Shown in pieces: positions 19,409 through 34,400 of a stretch of DNA of 64,000 nucleotides (position 1 is the stretch's first letter; the number at the start of each line of letters is the position of its first letter). Below the pieces are notes generated by a model, which was given only the letters and a program-made list of their open reading frames with translations, ran no database searches and was not told where the DNA came from. The DNA lies in IMG/VR virus record IMGVR_UViG_3300044991_001301; one strand, given 5' to 3'. This DNA comes from a virus. A program made the translations under genes and the position numbers.

Positions 19409-19424
19409 ATTATTTATTTATCAT

Positions 19425-22400
19425 TTACGATTGATCCTGATTTAAGAAAATTGCAGAAGCAGTTGTGCTAATTTGTAATGGATCGCCATCTACTAGATTG
19501 AAAGTATAAGAATTCCAAGTTTGATTGTATTGTACATCTGTCATACGGTTAGATGATAAGATGCTAAATATTTCGCTGTATAAAGGAACATAAACTTGTT
19601 CACCGGTACCATTTGCCCCGCGTTGTAATCCAGACAGTGTATTATTCACTGTGTCCACTGACGAGAACTTTATTTGCTCTCCGTTAACGTAAATTAAATT
19701 ACCTTCAATTATTGTAATAGTCAACTGATCACCCGGGGCTATCCAAGATCCTGAAGTAATTTGCAAGATTGGAGACAGTTCCTCTATCACAATTTTATAA
19801 TTACTACTGTTTATTTCCGCAGAAGTAGTGTTGTTATACACCGATACATTAGAAATAATCCTCTTATCTGCTGTTAAACCAATACTCATTAGATTTGCCA
19901 CTACCGCAGGAGCAGTTGCTATCTGAGTAACAGTATCTGTCAAACGAGTAATGTCATCAACATAAATTACAGTATCAGTGTTAAATAGTGGCTGAACTAA
20001 CCAAGTTCTTGTCAATGTGTTAGCCCTGTACACCGCTGCAGAATTCTGCTGATTTACGTTTAACAAGTACACTTCCTCATTAGGAGTCGCCGATGGCATC
20101 ATACTGGTTATTATTACTTCATCAGCCGCATCAACAACTGTTAGTATGCCAATTTCATTCGCCGGGTTCAACCGTAAACTTGATGATGGGATTCTGTATC
20201 CGTTTACAGTAACCCACAATCTATTCACATTAGTTTGTTCCCATTGTGTTACATACATTGTTCCAGAATCTGATGTTAATATAAACGGTGTGCCGTTCCT
20301 CTCTTCAGATATTACAAATTCTGTCACACTAGTTATTTCAATAATATAGTATGTGGTGCCAACAACAATACCGCCCAATGTAATATCACCTATTATTGAG
20401 CCTGGCGCAGTAAATATGACGGGCGTATCTACTACTAATAATGCAGTTGAGGGGACTACAATTTTGTTATGCAGAGAGGCAGTGTCACTGGCTGTGGTGT
20501 CTATAATTTCAAAGGAATTACTTAGCCAAACATATCCTCCACTAGTATATGATGACACCGAAGTTATTGGGTAATTTACCGCTGAGTAAGCCGGATCATA
20601 TGGTTGTTCATACAAGTCAAATTGTACGTCATTAATCACATGAACATAATACGTATTGTTGTTTAGTTGAGTAGACCCAACCACGCCGTCTATTCTTACT
20701 ATGTCGTTTTCAGATAAGTTATTAACCATTCCAGTTGTTACACGCACAGCTGGCTGACCGCCAACATACGCGACCAATAGTCCTGTACCTCCAACTAATA
20801 CTACTGCACTTCCGCCGAGCGTTGTACTAATCTGAAATTCGGTGCTTGTAAACCCGGATAGTACAAAATAAACAGTACCGGCTGAGTTAATGCTCGCGTC
20901 AAAACTAGTTCCCTTGAACTCTACCGTTTGATCGGCAACAAACCCACTAGTAGAATTACAAGTGATTAAATTAGTCCCTGCAGTAGTAGCTGTTATGTTA
21001 GTGATTGATATCGGTGGAGTAATAACATTACTAATAGAAGTTATGTCAGATACCGTGACACCAGTAATCCCATATTGCGTATTCAGATACTGTCTATCAG
21101 TTAAATTGTATGATGTAACCGCAATAACGTCATTTAGTAATGGAGCCGTAGTAAATACTATCTCATTTAATGAATTATCAATAATATACTCAGTATCAGA
21201 CTGTCGTAATCCGTTAACTTCAACGATAGCATTTGTCGGGTTATCATCAGCGACATAATTTGCCAATACAAACGTATCGGTAGTTCCGTCACCGGTAAAC
21301 AGTTCTGTTTCCGGGATAGTGTATCCGTATTGTGTAGGGGTAGTTTCCCCGAACAAAGTATAGGTTAAGTAATCTACTGTGTTATTGTATGACGCAGCTA
21401 GCATAATTTTCGCTGAAACCCCATTCTCGGCTATACCAAATGAATAGTCATTTGATATGAATTCTGCTCCACCGGTTGCAGTAGTAAGCACTAACACATT
21501 ACCTGGATTAGCAGGATCCTCTAATGTAAATTCATTAGCATCTACGATACTATAAATGACGTATGTTGTTTGCGGTATAATAATCCCACCAAACATAGTG
21601 TCACTAAAGACTACTACAGTACCTACTACCAACCCACCTGTTGTGTTACAGGTTACTGCATTATTTGTTGCTTTAGTTCTGGTGACTGTTCCAGTTAACC
21701 CGTGCAATAATTTCACACCATTGTGATACATTAATGGTTCAGCCCACGGCGCGCCCGATCCAACAGCAATAACTACATACATCGAACCCACAGCAGTTGT
21801 AACCACAAAAGTAGGACCTGCAGTACCTGAAGTGAAATTATATGAACTTGATACAGTAATACTACTAGTTACTGTGCTAATTGTTTTAACATAATAGGTA
21901 GTATCTTCTAATATGTTGCCAAACGTAGTACCTTGGAATGTTATCGGGTCATTAAGTACAAAATCCTTTACTCCCACGCAAGTAATAGTATTCTCTATCG
22001 CAGTAGTTTTTATTGCTTCAACTGCTATGGGTGCCGTTCCAGGTCTAATAACGCCACTGCCGGAGAATATAGTAGCAGAATAGTTACAATTTACATATAT
22101 TTCATTCCACCCTGTGGTTAGATTAACACGAATTGGATCTGTCTTTGTATTAGCCTTAACCAATTGGTTTCCGTTTCCTGTTTCATACACATCAATTCGT
22201 AATGTATCAGTGATTGGAGTGAAAGATAACGGGATAGCTAAAGTTATCACATTAGTAATCCAATCGATACTGTAATCAGGTTCGTATATCGAGGTGCTCG
22301 TACCAGTAATGCCGTCTATGACAAACACTGCAAGTTGCGCCGGGGTCTGTGCTACTAAATCAAAACTGTAATCAGTCTGAGTGGCTGAGGTTGGTTGTAT

Positions 22401-25400
22401 TTCGATTGACAGCACGTTATAACCCACGTGCTGATATACAGTTTCTGGCCAATTTGTGCCAGGTCTAGTAGCCACTGTCAACGTTATGTTATCGCTTATG
22501 ATGCCGGCTACTAGTTCCTCAGGACCATATCCAGCCTGAAACGGATCACCCTGTACATCATACACAGTGGGTACTACAACAAATATCGAAGAGCTAGTCC
22601 AAGTTACTCCATTATCAGAGCTTAGAATAATAGTGTTGTTATCACCTACCACAGTCCACGTAGCCGCAGTCGCGTTATATACCAAACTATTTAAGTTTTC
22701 TAGCGTACCAGAGACTTGCGTTACCCATACATAACCGTCCACCGATGTTCTAATTAACCCGTCATTACCGACGGCCATAAATATAGAATTATCAAATAAC
22801 ACATCATTTAGATCACTTGTACTTGGATACAAATACATATAAGTTGTTGTGCTTGGATTAACATCATTTAACGTGATTGGCAGTCCACCCAATGAAGTAC
22901 TAATCTGAAGTTGTGATTGGGTAATAATGTTCACCACATAATAGGTGACAGAAGACGATATTACGTTAAAAGAGTTAGAGAATCTAATCTCATCATTTAC
23001 CAAGAATCCATCAGTATTAGAAACGTTGATATTATTAGTGTCAGAATTTACACTAACAACTGCAACTTCATTCACGCCTAGCCAAACAATGCCAGTTTGA
23101 CTAGTGTAAATAACACCGTTCTCTCCAACAGCAACCATAATATTACCGTTGTCCGTTATGCTATAAAACCCATTAAAACTATAAGCCGGGCTTTGTGACC
23201 ATGAGATACCGTCTAAGCTAGTTAGCACCAGATTTACATCTATAGTTTCAGTTAGTCCGGTTGAATAATCAGGAATCTGCCCTTTACCTATGGCTACAAA
23301 TCCATAATATGAGTTTGTACTCACTCCCTTAACGCCGTACAAAGTGTTAACCAATCCATTTGTGAACGTAAATCTATTTGTCCAGATAGATGCGTCAACA
23401 CTTGATGCAATGCTGCTGCCGGCCACAATGTACACTCCGTCACGATACCCAACAGAATTCAATGCCATACCTGATGAGCTTAAGGTTACTGACTCGTTCG
23501 GTAACAAAGCTGTGGGTATATAGCGGCCTCCAGCAGTCCAAGTGATCGCGTTAGTACTACGTAAGATAGGAGTAGCAATGTTAGTAGTCGTGATAAGGTA
23601 TATTCCATTTACATATATAATACCAGTCAGACTTAACACTGAGTTGGCTAGTTTATCAATAACCCAATTTTCACCGTCACTGCCCGACACAACACCCGAA
23701 TACGTTGATGTTTCAGCAGGACTAAAGTAACTTGTTCCGGTCCAGATTATCGCTTTCATATCAACTTCAGTGGGATAGAATGGTTGATCCTGTAAGATAG
23801 TATCTATTTGGAACTGTTCGTCAGGGGCAAACGCATTGCCTTTATACGTGCTGTTTGGATATTGTATCCCGCTAACTAATTGAGTTAAGTCGTAGCCGGG
23901 CATATTAGCAGTCGGTTGATAGTAACCAATAACTCTATCTAAAGCATTTAATCTGCGATCACCTGAATCTAACAACTGCCACTTACCAAATATAAATTCA
24001 GAATCGTGGTTGCTAATTAGACAACTGTAGACTCTATTGTTATACCGAACAATACTCTGATTAAAATAGAACGGTTCCGGTAAGACTGCATATGAGCCAT
24101 ACTTAGCCATTGTGAAATCTTGCAATAAAGTAGTAGACAACACTTCAACAGAACCAACATCGTTGGGAACAGTACCAACAGTTAGCGGTGATACAGTGAG
24201 CACGTAATATATTTGTCCTAATATTAATCCTCCGGCTACTGATCCAGTAAACACCACTGCATCATTAACTGCAAATTCACTTACGCTGTTAACTGTAATA
24301 CTATTTGATCCACTAGTAGTTCCGGTTACCGTAGTTGAGATTATGCCTATATAGGGGAAATCAATACCTGATACCGGTACAGTCATTAACGGATTTGAGA
24401 ATACAGCTAATTCAGTAGATGAAATTACTCGCAAATAATAGCTGTCAGAAATACCAGGCACTGTGCCTGATCTGATAACACTTGTTATTTCACCGCTAGT
24501 CCCGATTGCCACAACAGTTAGGGTAAGATCATTATTCGGAGTTGTTCCTCCCACGCTACTGCCTGATATTAAGATGGTATTATCAATAGCATATCCTGTA
24601 CCCGAATCAGTGATAATAGCCTGATAGCCACCCATACGATAACTAACACTGAATAGTGGTGGTGTTAGCGGATACTGGACTAAATTAACTACCGCAGTCT
24701 CGGTAGTTAATACTTCTACACTTCCACCAAGACTTGTTGATACTTGTATGTACGGTGATCCGGTACCTGTCATTACTCCGTTGTCTACCGTCAGGGTTGT
24801 TATTGCCCCTCCCGGTGTATTAGTCAGCACAAACTGTGTTCCATTAACAATATGTCTAACATAATATTCTACATTGAGATCGATAGTGCCTAGCGGTACA
24901 CCGGAGAATATAATCGGCATACCTATGTATAATGAATCAGTCGTGTCACAAGTTACCGCACTTAGAGAGCAAGTAAGTGTTGAGCTTATAACATTTTGTG
25001 AGTTTGTTACAAAATAAGAGCCTACCCCGCCAGGTGTGCCGGCTATTTGTGAGACCACCTTAGTGCCAGGAATGACGGTGCCGCCGGCCAAAGAACAGCC
25101 CGGAACTACCGCGCCCGATGTGACACCGGTAACTGTTAGTAAGCTTACTGGCGCGCCTGATAGTATGTCTCCGGTAATTACCGCTGACGCAATAGATGGT
25201 GAAGTAGAAGTAACGTCTACCTCAATGTATCCAGAATCTACTACATAGTATGTTGTTCCTGTTACTAGGCCACCAATATTTGTTTCAACCTGTAATGGAA
25301 AATTATCATATATGTTTGTTAATCCACCACTGTAGCTACTGATCGCAACCCTATCTACGGTATCAATAGTTGATTGTATCTCTCGCGTAACTAATGAACT

Positions 25401-28400
25401 AACCGGTCCTGCCAAGTCAGGATATTGCTCTGAAGTGTTGTATAAAGTAAATTGTTGACCGTTAATCTGACCAGGGCTAACCGGGATAGACACATTAATA
25501 GTCATACTTCCTGTTGCGGTAGACAACTGAACAACATTTCGTTGACTGGTTAATACTGCGTTAGTAGGAAGCAAGGGGTCTACGCTAGCAGCCTGATCTG
25601 CTAATGGAAATACTGATCCGTTAACTACAGCAGATAATTGTATTGAATTATTGTTAGGAATGCTAGCAACATAATATGTTGTGCCTGAAACAATGTTGCC
25701 AAACACGGTAACATCCACTCCAAGTATTACCATTGAGTTAAAAATTACAGGATCATTTATTTTTAGAGATTGGGTATCAGTTGATATTGTAACATAGTCT
25801 GTGCTAGCAGCAGTAGCGGACACATCTAACATTGTTGGATCTTTGGACTCAGCGATAGTGAACGTTTGCTCATCGAGTACAGTTGTAACATAATATATTT
25901 CGTTTTCAACTATCCCACCAAATACGGTTCCTGTAAAGAATACCGGTAAGTTAACATAGAAGCCATTAGTGCCACCTGTCCCCACCAAGGTAACCGGAAT
26001 AGTTATAGTGTTAGTACTTGTCGTAGTCGCAGTAACCTCTAAGATGCCTGGATAATTAATCGTAAGTACTGCAAGATTAGTTACTTCGCCAACTGAACAT
26101 TCTAAACCAGCAGCACTAACTGTACCACCTGTCAGAGCAAAGATAGGTCCATCTACTGATTGTGAAATAGTGAAGTCTGTAGCATCTACTATACTATTAA
26201 CATAATACACTGTATCGTTTACCAATCCACCTAACACAGCACCTTTGAATACAATTGGCATATTAACATAGAAACCAATAGTAGAACCCGACGCATTTGG
26301 ATTATTAGAGCCATCATCAAGAGGTGTTAACCGAATAGCGTGATTTAACGCAATTATTTCAGCAACTTGGCGTATCAGTGAAGAATACGAAACTGTTTGC
26401 TCATTCCGAACATCGACAATTTCAAAGCCTACCCCTTGGGCACTGGACAGAATAGTGCTAATAGCCGGTTGTGTACTTTGTAATTGTATAGAAGAACTGG
26501 CTACTGATTGTGGGTCATTGTACGCACCTGCGAATCCGGCAAAGTATGAACCATAATATAGGTCCATCTCCCAATCAGTTACTTGTGAATTGTATGTAGT
26601 TCTGTCAAATCGTAACGCAATATTATTTTCTCTGATAGGGGCCGCACTGGATATGCAAGATGCTTTAGCTCCTACACTTAGTGCGTGAGTAGTTCCTGTA
26701 CCAGTCGAGAATAATACAATTCTATTTTGATCCTGGAGAGCATCTCTGTAATTGGAATACAACGCTACGGTAACAGTAGGTACTGTCTCTAATACATTAA
26801 CATAATACCATTGATTATTTGTCAATCCACCAATCGCAGTGCTACCAATTCCAACAGTATACTTGATCAAGTCTCCGGTTTGTAGCAACGGGGCGTACAA
26901 TTGAATGGTATTATAGCTTGGACTGACTGCTGTACTAGCAAACTCACTTGATATAGCAGAATCAATTATAATCTGAGGTAATACTGCATATCCTTGACCC
27001 GGGTCAATTACGGTTATACTTAATACGGAATCTAATGTCATTACTGCTTCTAATACCGCAGGCTGTGATGGTGCTGGGTAAATTGTCGTATCAATATAAG
27101 CTATTACACGCGGTGGCTCAGAATAGCCTCTTCCGCCATCTAATAACAACACTGCTGGTAAATCAATGTATATTAACTCTCCTGGAATGTGATTGGTGAT
27201 AGGTGTATTGCTAACCCCACGAGTTAGGCCGCTGACCACATTGACTGATCTGTCAACCGTTGCATAAGCGATAAGTTCATTTCCAATTTTAAATACCCCA
27301 TTAATAGGTATTCCCTGAGCGTTTGATATAGCGAATGCTGTTGTATTCAACGCAATATAGGTGTCCAATATAGCTATCTGAACATTGTCTTGTCCAGTAA
27401 TGCTTACCCCATAATTATTATACCAAGAAATATAACTTGGATCAGACCAAATCGGACTACTAGGTAAAAACTGTGATACTAAGCTAGGGTTAGAGTATAC
27501 CAACTCAGGGGTGATGAATTGTTGAACTGATGAATCAAAAATTGCAGGCAAATCAAAATCAGTGATATCTCCGGCATAGACATCAGCACCGGTGTATTTA
27601 AATAAGAACTCTTTAATTACCACGTGGTAAGGTTTTACTTCATTTAAATATCCTGCCAAAAAGTCTTGGTTATCTGATTGATATATACTGATAGGACGCA
27701 ATTCACGAATGGTGTGTGACACATCAATGAATGAGGTTTTATTCAACCAAGGCAAATAGTTTTGTGAATCAATAGTCTCGCTTTGGATATACTCAAACAT
27801 CAATATTAGACTCTTATTTCTAAAGACTAGTAAATCGTTTATATAAATTTGTTCGTTCAATCCTCGTAAGATATTTCTAGTCTCTTCACTCGGATATGCA
27901 TCATATGGATTGGTATCATAGAAGTTATCTCCAAATCCTATCCGTGCAGTGGCATAATCCCACAAATCAGATTTAAATTTAATAGTACCGTTCGTTAATC
28001 CAATGCGAGTCCAAGTCCCATCAGTATTGTAAATATAAGTCTCTGCATTACCAGTACTGTTTGCAGCGACGGTAACAATAGTATTAACAGCTACTGATAG
28101 CGTGAGTAGATTGGCATAGAGTGGCACTTGCAGTGCAGACTTAGTGTTATCATTGTAACCAATTGCCCACCAATTTGCATATTCCCAATAATCAGCAGTG
28201 ACAAAGAATGGAGTACCGGTTGATGGGTTTATTGGACCCTCAGTAAATAAGAAAGAATATTGTCTTGTTTCAGTAATTGGAAACTGTGCTAAAATAGTGT
28301 TAGCATATGTTAGATAATTTTTAAGCGCAAGAAATCTATTGATAAAGAAGCTTTGTCTTGGTCGAGCTAGCACTCCATTTTGAACTGCTTTGGGTAGATA

Positions 28401-31400
28401 TGGATTGGGTACAACTGCTCCAAATTCATCTACTCCACACAATCCATCTAGCAATCGGTCGTATAATGATTCAGGAATTAATGTTCCACCTATGCCCGGG
28501 AATCCCGGTAAGAAATCATCAGCGTAGTTGGCTCTAATTAAACTATATTGACTGTGTGCTACATCATCATTCGTGCCGGTGCTAAATCCCATTTGAAGAA
28601 CACTGTCATTTGCGTTAATATAGGCCGCAGAGTTATACAATCCAAATGCGCTAGGCAACAATGGTGCAAACCAACTTATGCCTGAATTTCTAGGCTGAGC
28701 AATATATGATTCAACAACTGAATCTGCTAAGGTCTTTCCAGTCTTCTCAAAAATGATATTGGTATTTCTCACCCAATAATAATATATCGGTGATAATGTA
28801 CCACTAGCTGTCTCTACATACTGTATAGCATATGAATCTACATTAAACACAGTACCAGGGCCATTATAATTTACCGGTAGATTTGGGCTTGCAATCCAAC
28901 TATACACCGTGACATTACTCCCCGGGAAGACTGCGCCCCAGTATCTACTATTGTAGGTTACATCATTTTGGTGATAATTTACAAATCGCGTTGTTGATGT
29001 GTTAAACCACAGTTGACCAACGTGCTCAGCTCCCCAGATTATCCCTCTACGAACCGTAGTGTTATTGTAATGAGCCGGATCTGAGTTTGATATGACATCA
29101 ATATTTTCGCGGGCCGCACCTAATATTTTCCCTTGAAGCGGATCAATGAAATCTAAATTAATTAGCGTGTTGTTAGTTTCTGCGCTAAACAACTGTATGT
29201 TTTGAATTCGGTTGATGTCAACTACTGCTGCTGAGCTTCTATATACAGACCAATCAGTGATTCCTGAACTATTAGTGTACAATGTTACTAGCCCATTGTC
29301 ATAACCAGGTCTAAATGCAGGGGTACCAACAATAACGTGATAGTTGTTGAAATCCATTGCTTGACCATACATTGGCTGAGCACCGTACTCTAGATTTACG
29401 TCATTCACACTTTGCGAATATACAAACTTACCAGTGTTGTCTAGATTTTCACCAAACACCGCTAGATAGTCAAACATATACGCCGCACCTGCATTAACAA
29501 ACTGGTCTATCCATTGCGTTGCGTTATTATCAAACACCGTGTCATTGTCTAAATTTTCATCATCAGTGAAATCAAAGGTCGTAGCCGCATATCTAGTACC
29601 AGTCGGGGCACTAGCTACGAAGGAATCAAATTCATTGAATTTAACTACTGTACCAAATTGTGTAGGTCCAGTAATGTGTGGGCAGTTGATAGTTTGTGTC
29701 TGAGTATAAATTGAAATACCTAACTCAGTTAATGTGGTAGTATCCACCACAGCTATCAATAGCTTTTCATTTGGGATAGCTAAATCATAATTTATTAATG
29801 ATATAATCAGTTTACCATTGCTAGCAGTTGCCACAATGTTTGGTATACCTGCTTGAGAAATAGAATTAGCAGCAACTGTCGCATTTCCGATCGGAATATA
29901 TACAGCAAAATTATTAATTAACAGTGTTCTGGTAGAGGTAACATTGGTGTCAGTAGTACCGATTACCATTCCATATTTTCCACCACCATTGGTATAGCGA
30001 TACACAGCGCCTTCTTCTGTCTGCGTAGTCAATTCGAACGGTGCGCCAATGATAACTTCAGATGCGTGGGTGGTAGTATCTACGCTATTTCCAAAATGAA
30101 CTCCGACTTTTGGTGTTACCTCTGAAGTTAGAGTTTGAACTAATGTAAACTGATCTCCGCTTATAGTAACAATATCGCCGGCTGACAATGTGCTAGGATA
30201 TACTAATGTATTACCTATCACTCCATAATTACTGTTGTCTACTAATGTACCATTAACTGATACATAGATAGGAGTAGACTGGACGTTAGCTATCATCCCG
30301 CTCCCACTACTAGTGCCTAAAGCTAACGGGATTATAGCATCTACCGAAGTTTTAATACGGAACTCAGTTGCACTAACAACACTTTCAATAAAATAGATTG
30401 TGCTTGGAGAAATGTTGCTGCTAGCATACACAGTTCCGGAGAATAGTACCGGCATGTCAACTACAAATCCACTAGTGCTAGTGCAAGTTATGACATCTGT
30501 TGTCGCATCTGTTGCGCTAACATCAGTAACTGTGGTGCTAGGTGTCCATACCAATTGAAATATTTGTGCAACATCAGGAATACTATTCTGCGATGTTTCT
30601 ATATTCTGCACCGCCCTAGAAAACACATATGTATATCCCCAATTATCAATTGTAGGGCTATAGTCTTGGTTAGGGGTACCTATGATAACAGTATCACCGT
30701 AATAATCAGTTGCAATAGAGTAACCAAAATTATCACCCGCGACTAGCCCACTTGTTGTGATGGTAGTTGACAATTCATACTCATCCGTTGTCTGTGATTT
30801 TCTGTATACATAGACTAAGTTAGGTGTCGAAGGATTATCATAGTCAGATATGTATACCCAATTTGTATCACCTGACACAGCTATAGCCTTACCCCAGTTG
30901 ATTGAACTTGCAGGGGCAGCAATAGCAGTTTGGAACAAGGTTAAATCATCATTAGTGAGTGTTGAGCTTAACTGATAGGCATATACTTTAGGAGCCGCGC
31001 TGCTTGGTTCCGATATGAAGAACATATCACCGGCATATGCGATTGTTGCTCCAAATGAAGTATCGTGCGTGATTGTTTGAATCAATTGGTAGTCGTTAGC
31101 CAAATCGTTAAAGGTGTATCTATAGACTTCACCTGCTTGAGCATCGCCAACCAAATATCCTAGTGTTGAAGTGTATGCTACCGCACTACCAAAGGTCACG
31201 CCTGTTGGGCGAATGGTTTCAGTATCGTACTGGTAATTAATACTCTTTCTATATACAGCCCAATCACCATCAGTGTTCGTATCTACCCATACTGTATTTT
31301 TTGTGAACTCTGCGCTTAAGAGTGGGAGTGTGGCGATGTCGGCTGGGGTAGCTACACGCTGAGATTGGAACAACAGTCCAATACCTTGCCCAGTGATGTT

Positions 31401-34400
31401 TCTAGTATTTGCATCAAGAGTTAGATTTACTAATACTCGCTGTGGATCAACAATTAGTGATGCTAAGAAATATCCATTAACTGCTGGATTGAAGTTTACG
31501 ATTGCGAATGGTTGATATTGAACTAAGTTATGCGCCTGATTGAATGTTATTGTAGCAGTACCATTCAAATTATTCTTTACATAAATTACTTGACCAATAG
31601 AAGCAGGTGTGTATACTTGCCATTGTTCGAGATAATTTGCTAACCAAAGATAATCTCGAACATAAAAATCTTGTATAGGCACAACCTTACCGTTTTTATC
31701 AACTGCGCTAGCTAACTGCGAGTAATAAAAAGCTGACATTTTTACATCATTAAAATTGACATAGCCTGCATCGGGCAATAAAGTTGGTGGCAATGCTGAT
31801 GAAATCTGTGGTAAAACATTTGGATCAAAGACTGGTCTACCATAGTTATACAGTGAGTACAGTGGTACTTCTTGTTGCACACCATCCGTGTATACACCAT
31901 TAGTTAATCCCACAATTGAGGGATTACCGGTCATATAGTTTTCATTAATCTTAAACTCTACGAAATTGCTGTTGAGAACCCCGCCAAACTCGCCAGATTT
32001 GATTGCCCAATTTTCATAAATCTCATAATTAATTCCACCCTGCGGTAGATTAACTCCCTTGAACGCACTAGCAGCGTTAAGTGTTCCTTTGTTCTTAATT
32101 AAATTCTTGTATACATTAATTTGAGTAATGTCAGTTAAGTCGGCTAACGCAAGATAATCACGTGGGCGATATCCAATAAGCGAGAAACTTAATAAATCAG
32201 CATCTGATTCTAAGTTAGCCTTGTCAACATTATAGTACAATGTGCTTTCATATGAGCGAGTGCTTGAGTTTGGTAGCAACCCTTTTTGAATTTGTTCGTA
32301 GTCTGTCCGTTTCCAGTCATTGCTGTTGAATGTCTCGCTAGGTTGTATTACTCGTAACGCAGTCCAGTATTTATTTTTATACTGTACAATAACACCTTTG
32401 GTATAAGTTAATGTTCGATTCCATTCTTGTATATTATCTTGATTGAGAATAAATCCAGCAGCATTGATCGTACCATTCCAGTCAGCAGTTTTTGTTCCAC
32501 GCAGCACAATACGAAGTTGACGCAAACCTGTAGTTAAATTGTAGATGACATCATTGAACAGGGTAATGTTATCAAAAACAATGCCATGCTCAATGCTATG
32601 TATATTAAATTGACCATACGCAAGGGTGTCACCGGCATTTAATGGTTTGATAACAAATTGCGTTTCGTCGCGCACAATTGCAAGATCCATTGATTGAATT
32701 GGATATAAATTCTGATTCAATACAAAGTTAGTTTCACGCATTGTTAACGGTTGAACAATGTACCCGTCACGATTTATTTCCATAGTGCTAGCGGCCGGAT
32801 TTATAGTCAACACACTGCCAACTTCCCATCCAGTTTGCGCCCAGTATAGCAGTTCAGCTATCATTTGATTCCAGGTAACTTCTAAACCATTTTCAATAGA
32901 TGAGAATACCATACCCTGAGCTTCTTGATATGCTCCATATGCTCTTAGAAACTGTGCTAGTTCCTCTACTGTGTAGAACAGCGAACCATAGGGTACGATT
33001 ACTTCTTGAGTTGAGTAGTCGTTTGCCGTTCTTACCCGTAATGCATCCACTTCAGTAATGCTTGTATTACCGTTAGCCAATGGCTTTAATGTTTTGAAAT
33101 ATGCAGCAGTTTGTGAATTGCCATATACAGTATATCCGCTGTCAACTATTTGAATGACAACGCCTGAATACACAATCTTCTTAAAAGGTTGATTGTCATA
33201 TAACAATACCGCATAGCTTTCGTCTGGAATTAATAAGGACGCATTTCTATTATTTGCTGTGCCTTTTTCAACATAGAATTTTAATAATGTTTTGTCACTA
33301 AATCCCGCTAAGCGATATACCAATCTAACATCCAAGTTAAATAACAAGTTGGTGATATTCTGAGTAGCATCTACTCCAATTTGTTTTTCGTAATCAACGA
33401 TCCAATTGATATAACTAGTTTTAGCAGTACCTGATCCGTATATTTGAACATCACTAATAACAAGATGGCTTCTGTTGTTAACTAGATACTGGTCAAATTC
33501 AAGATTATATTTGTAGTTATCTAAATCTACACCTAAATTGAAGAATTGAGCAGGCTTAGCTAAAGCTAATATTTTCATTAGGTCGAAGGGCCAAGAGCTA
33601 CTTCTTCTGTAGCTTAATTCTGCAGGGCCTTCATCTCCCACTTTCCAATCACGTTGGAATATGTTACTATTATAACTGCCTACTATTGAATCTAGGGGTG
33701 ATACTAGATTGCCTTCAGTGTCAACCGGCAATACTTGTAACAGTTCAGGTCTAATAGCTTGTTTGATTACAATAGGTACACCGTTATTCCAATCAATTCC
33801 CTGTGCTAAATCATTCCATAAAATCAAGTTATCACTGGTATACGGTGCTGGACCATATCTGTCTTGCCACCAAGTTGGCTTCTCGGTAAACCCTAACATT
33901 TCCCAAGGTGTACTGTTAGGTGTAGTAGTATCATAATAATATTGATAAATTCCCCTCCAATAGCCTTGCTCAATAGGTTTCTTGTTTATCTTATTTCCAC
34001 TTTGATAATAATTATAAGTAAACTGGTCATTCTTGTTGTAAAGTTGTCTCTTGTAATTGATTCTATTTTGTCCAACCCAATTTAAGAATGATGCGCTATA
34101 CACCTCTAAGAATTCATTGTATGAATAGTCGGTTTCTCTGAAAAAGCCCGGCAACACTTCATATTCTTTAATAGGAATAATTGAACTTAACTTTAAGTTG
34201 TTAAACACCCGCAATTCGTATTCTAACAATACTTGATCTCTAAAGTCTATCAGTAATTCTAAAGTCGCATCATAGTTACCATACAACTTATTGTAAGAAC
34301 CATCGTGCCCTTTAATAAAATAGGTAGGCTGAGCATAATCACTGTCTAACACTACGCCCGGGGTATATGCAGGGTATAGGCCCAATTTAGTAGGTGTGTT

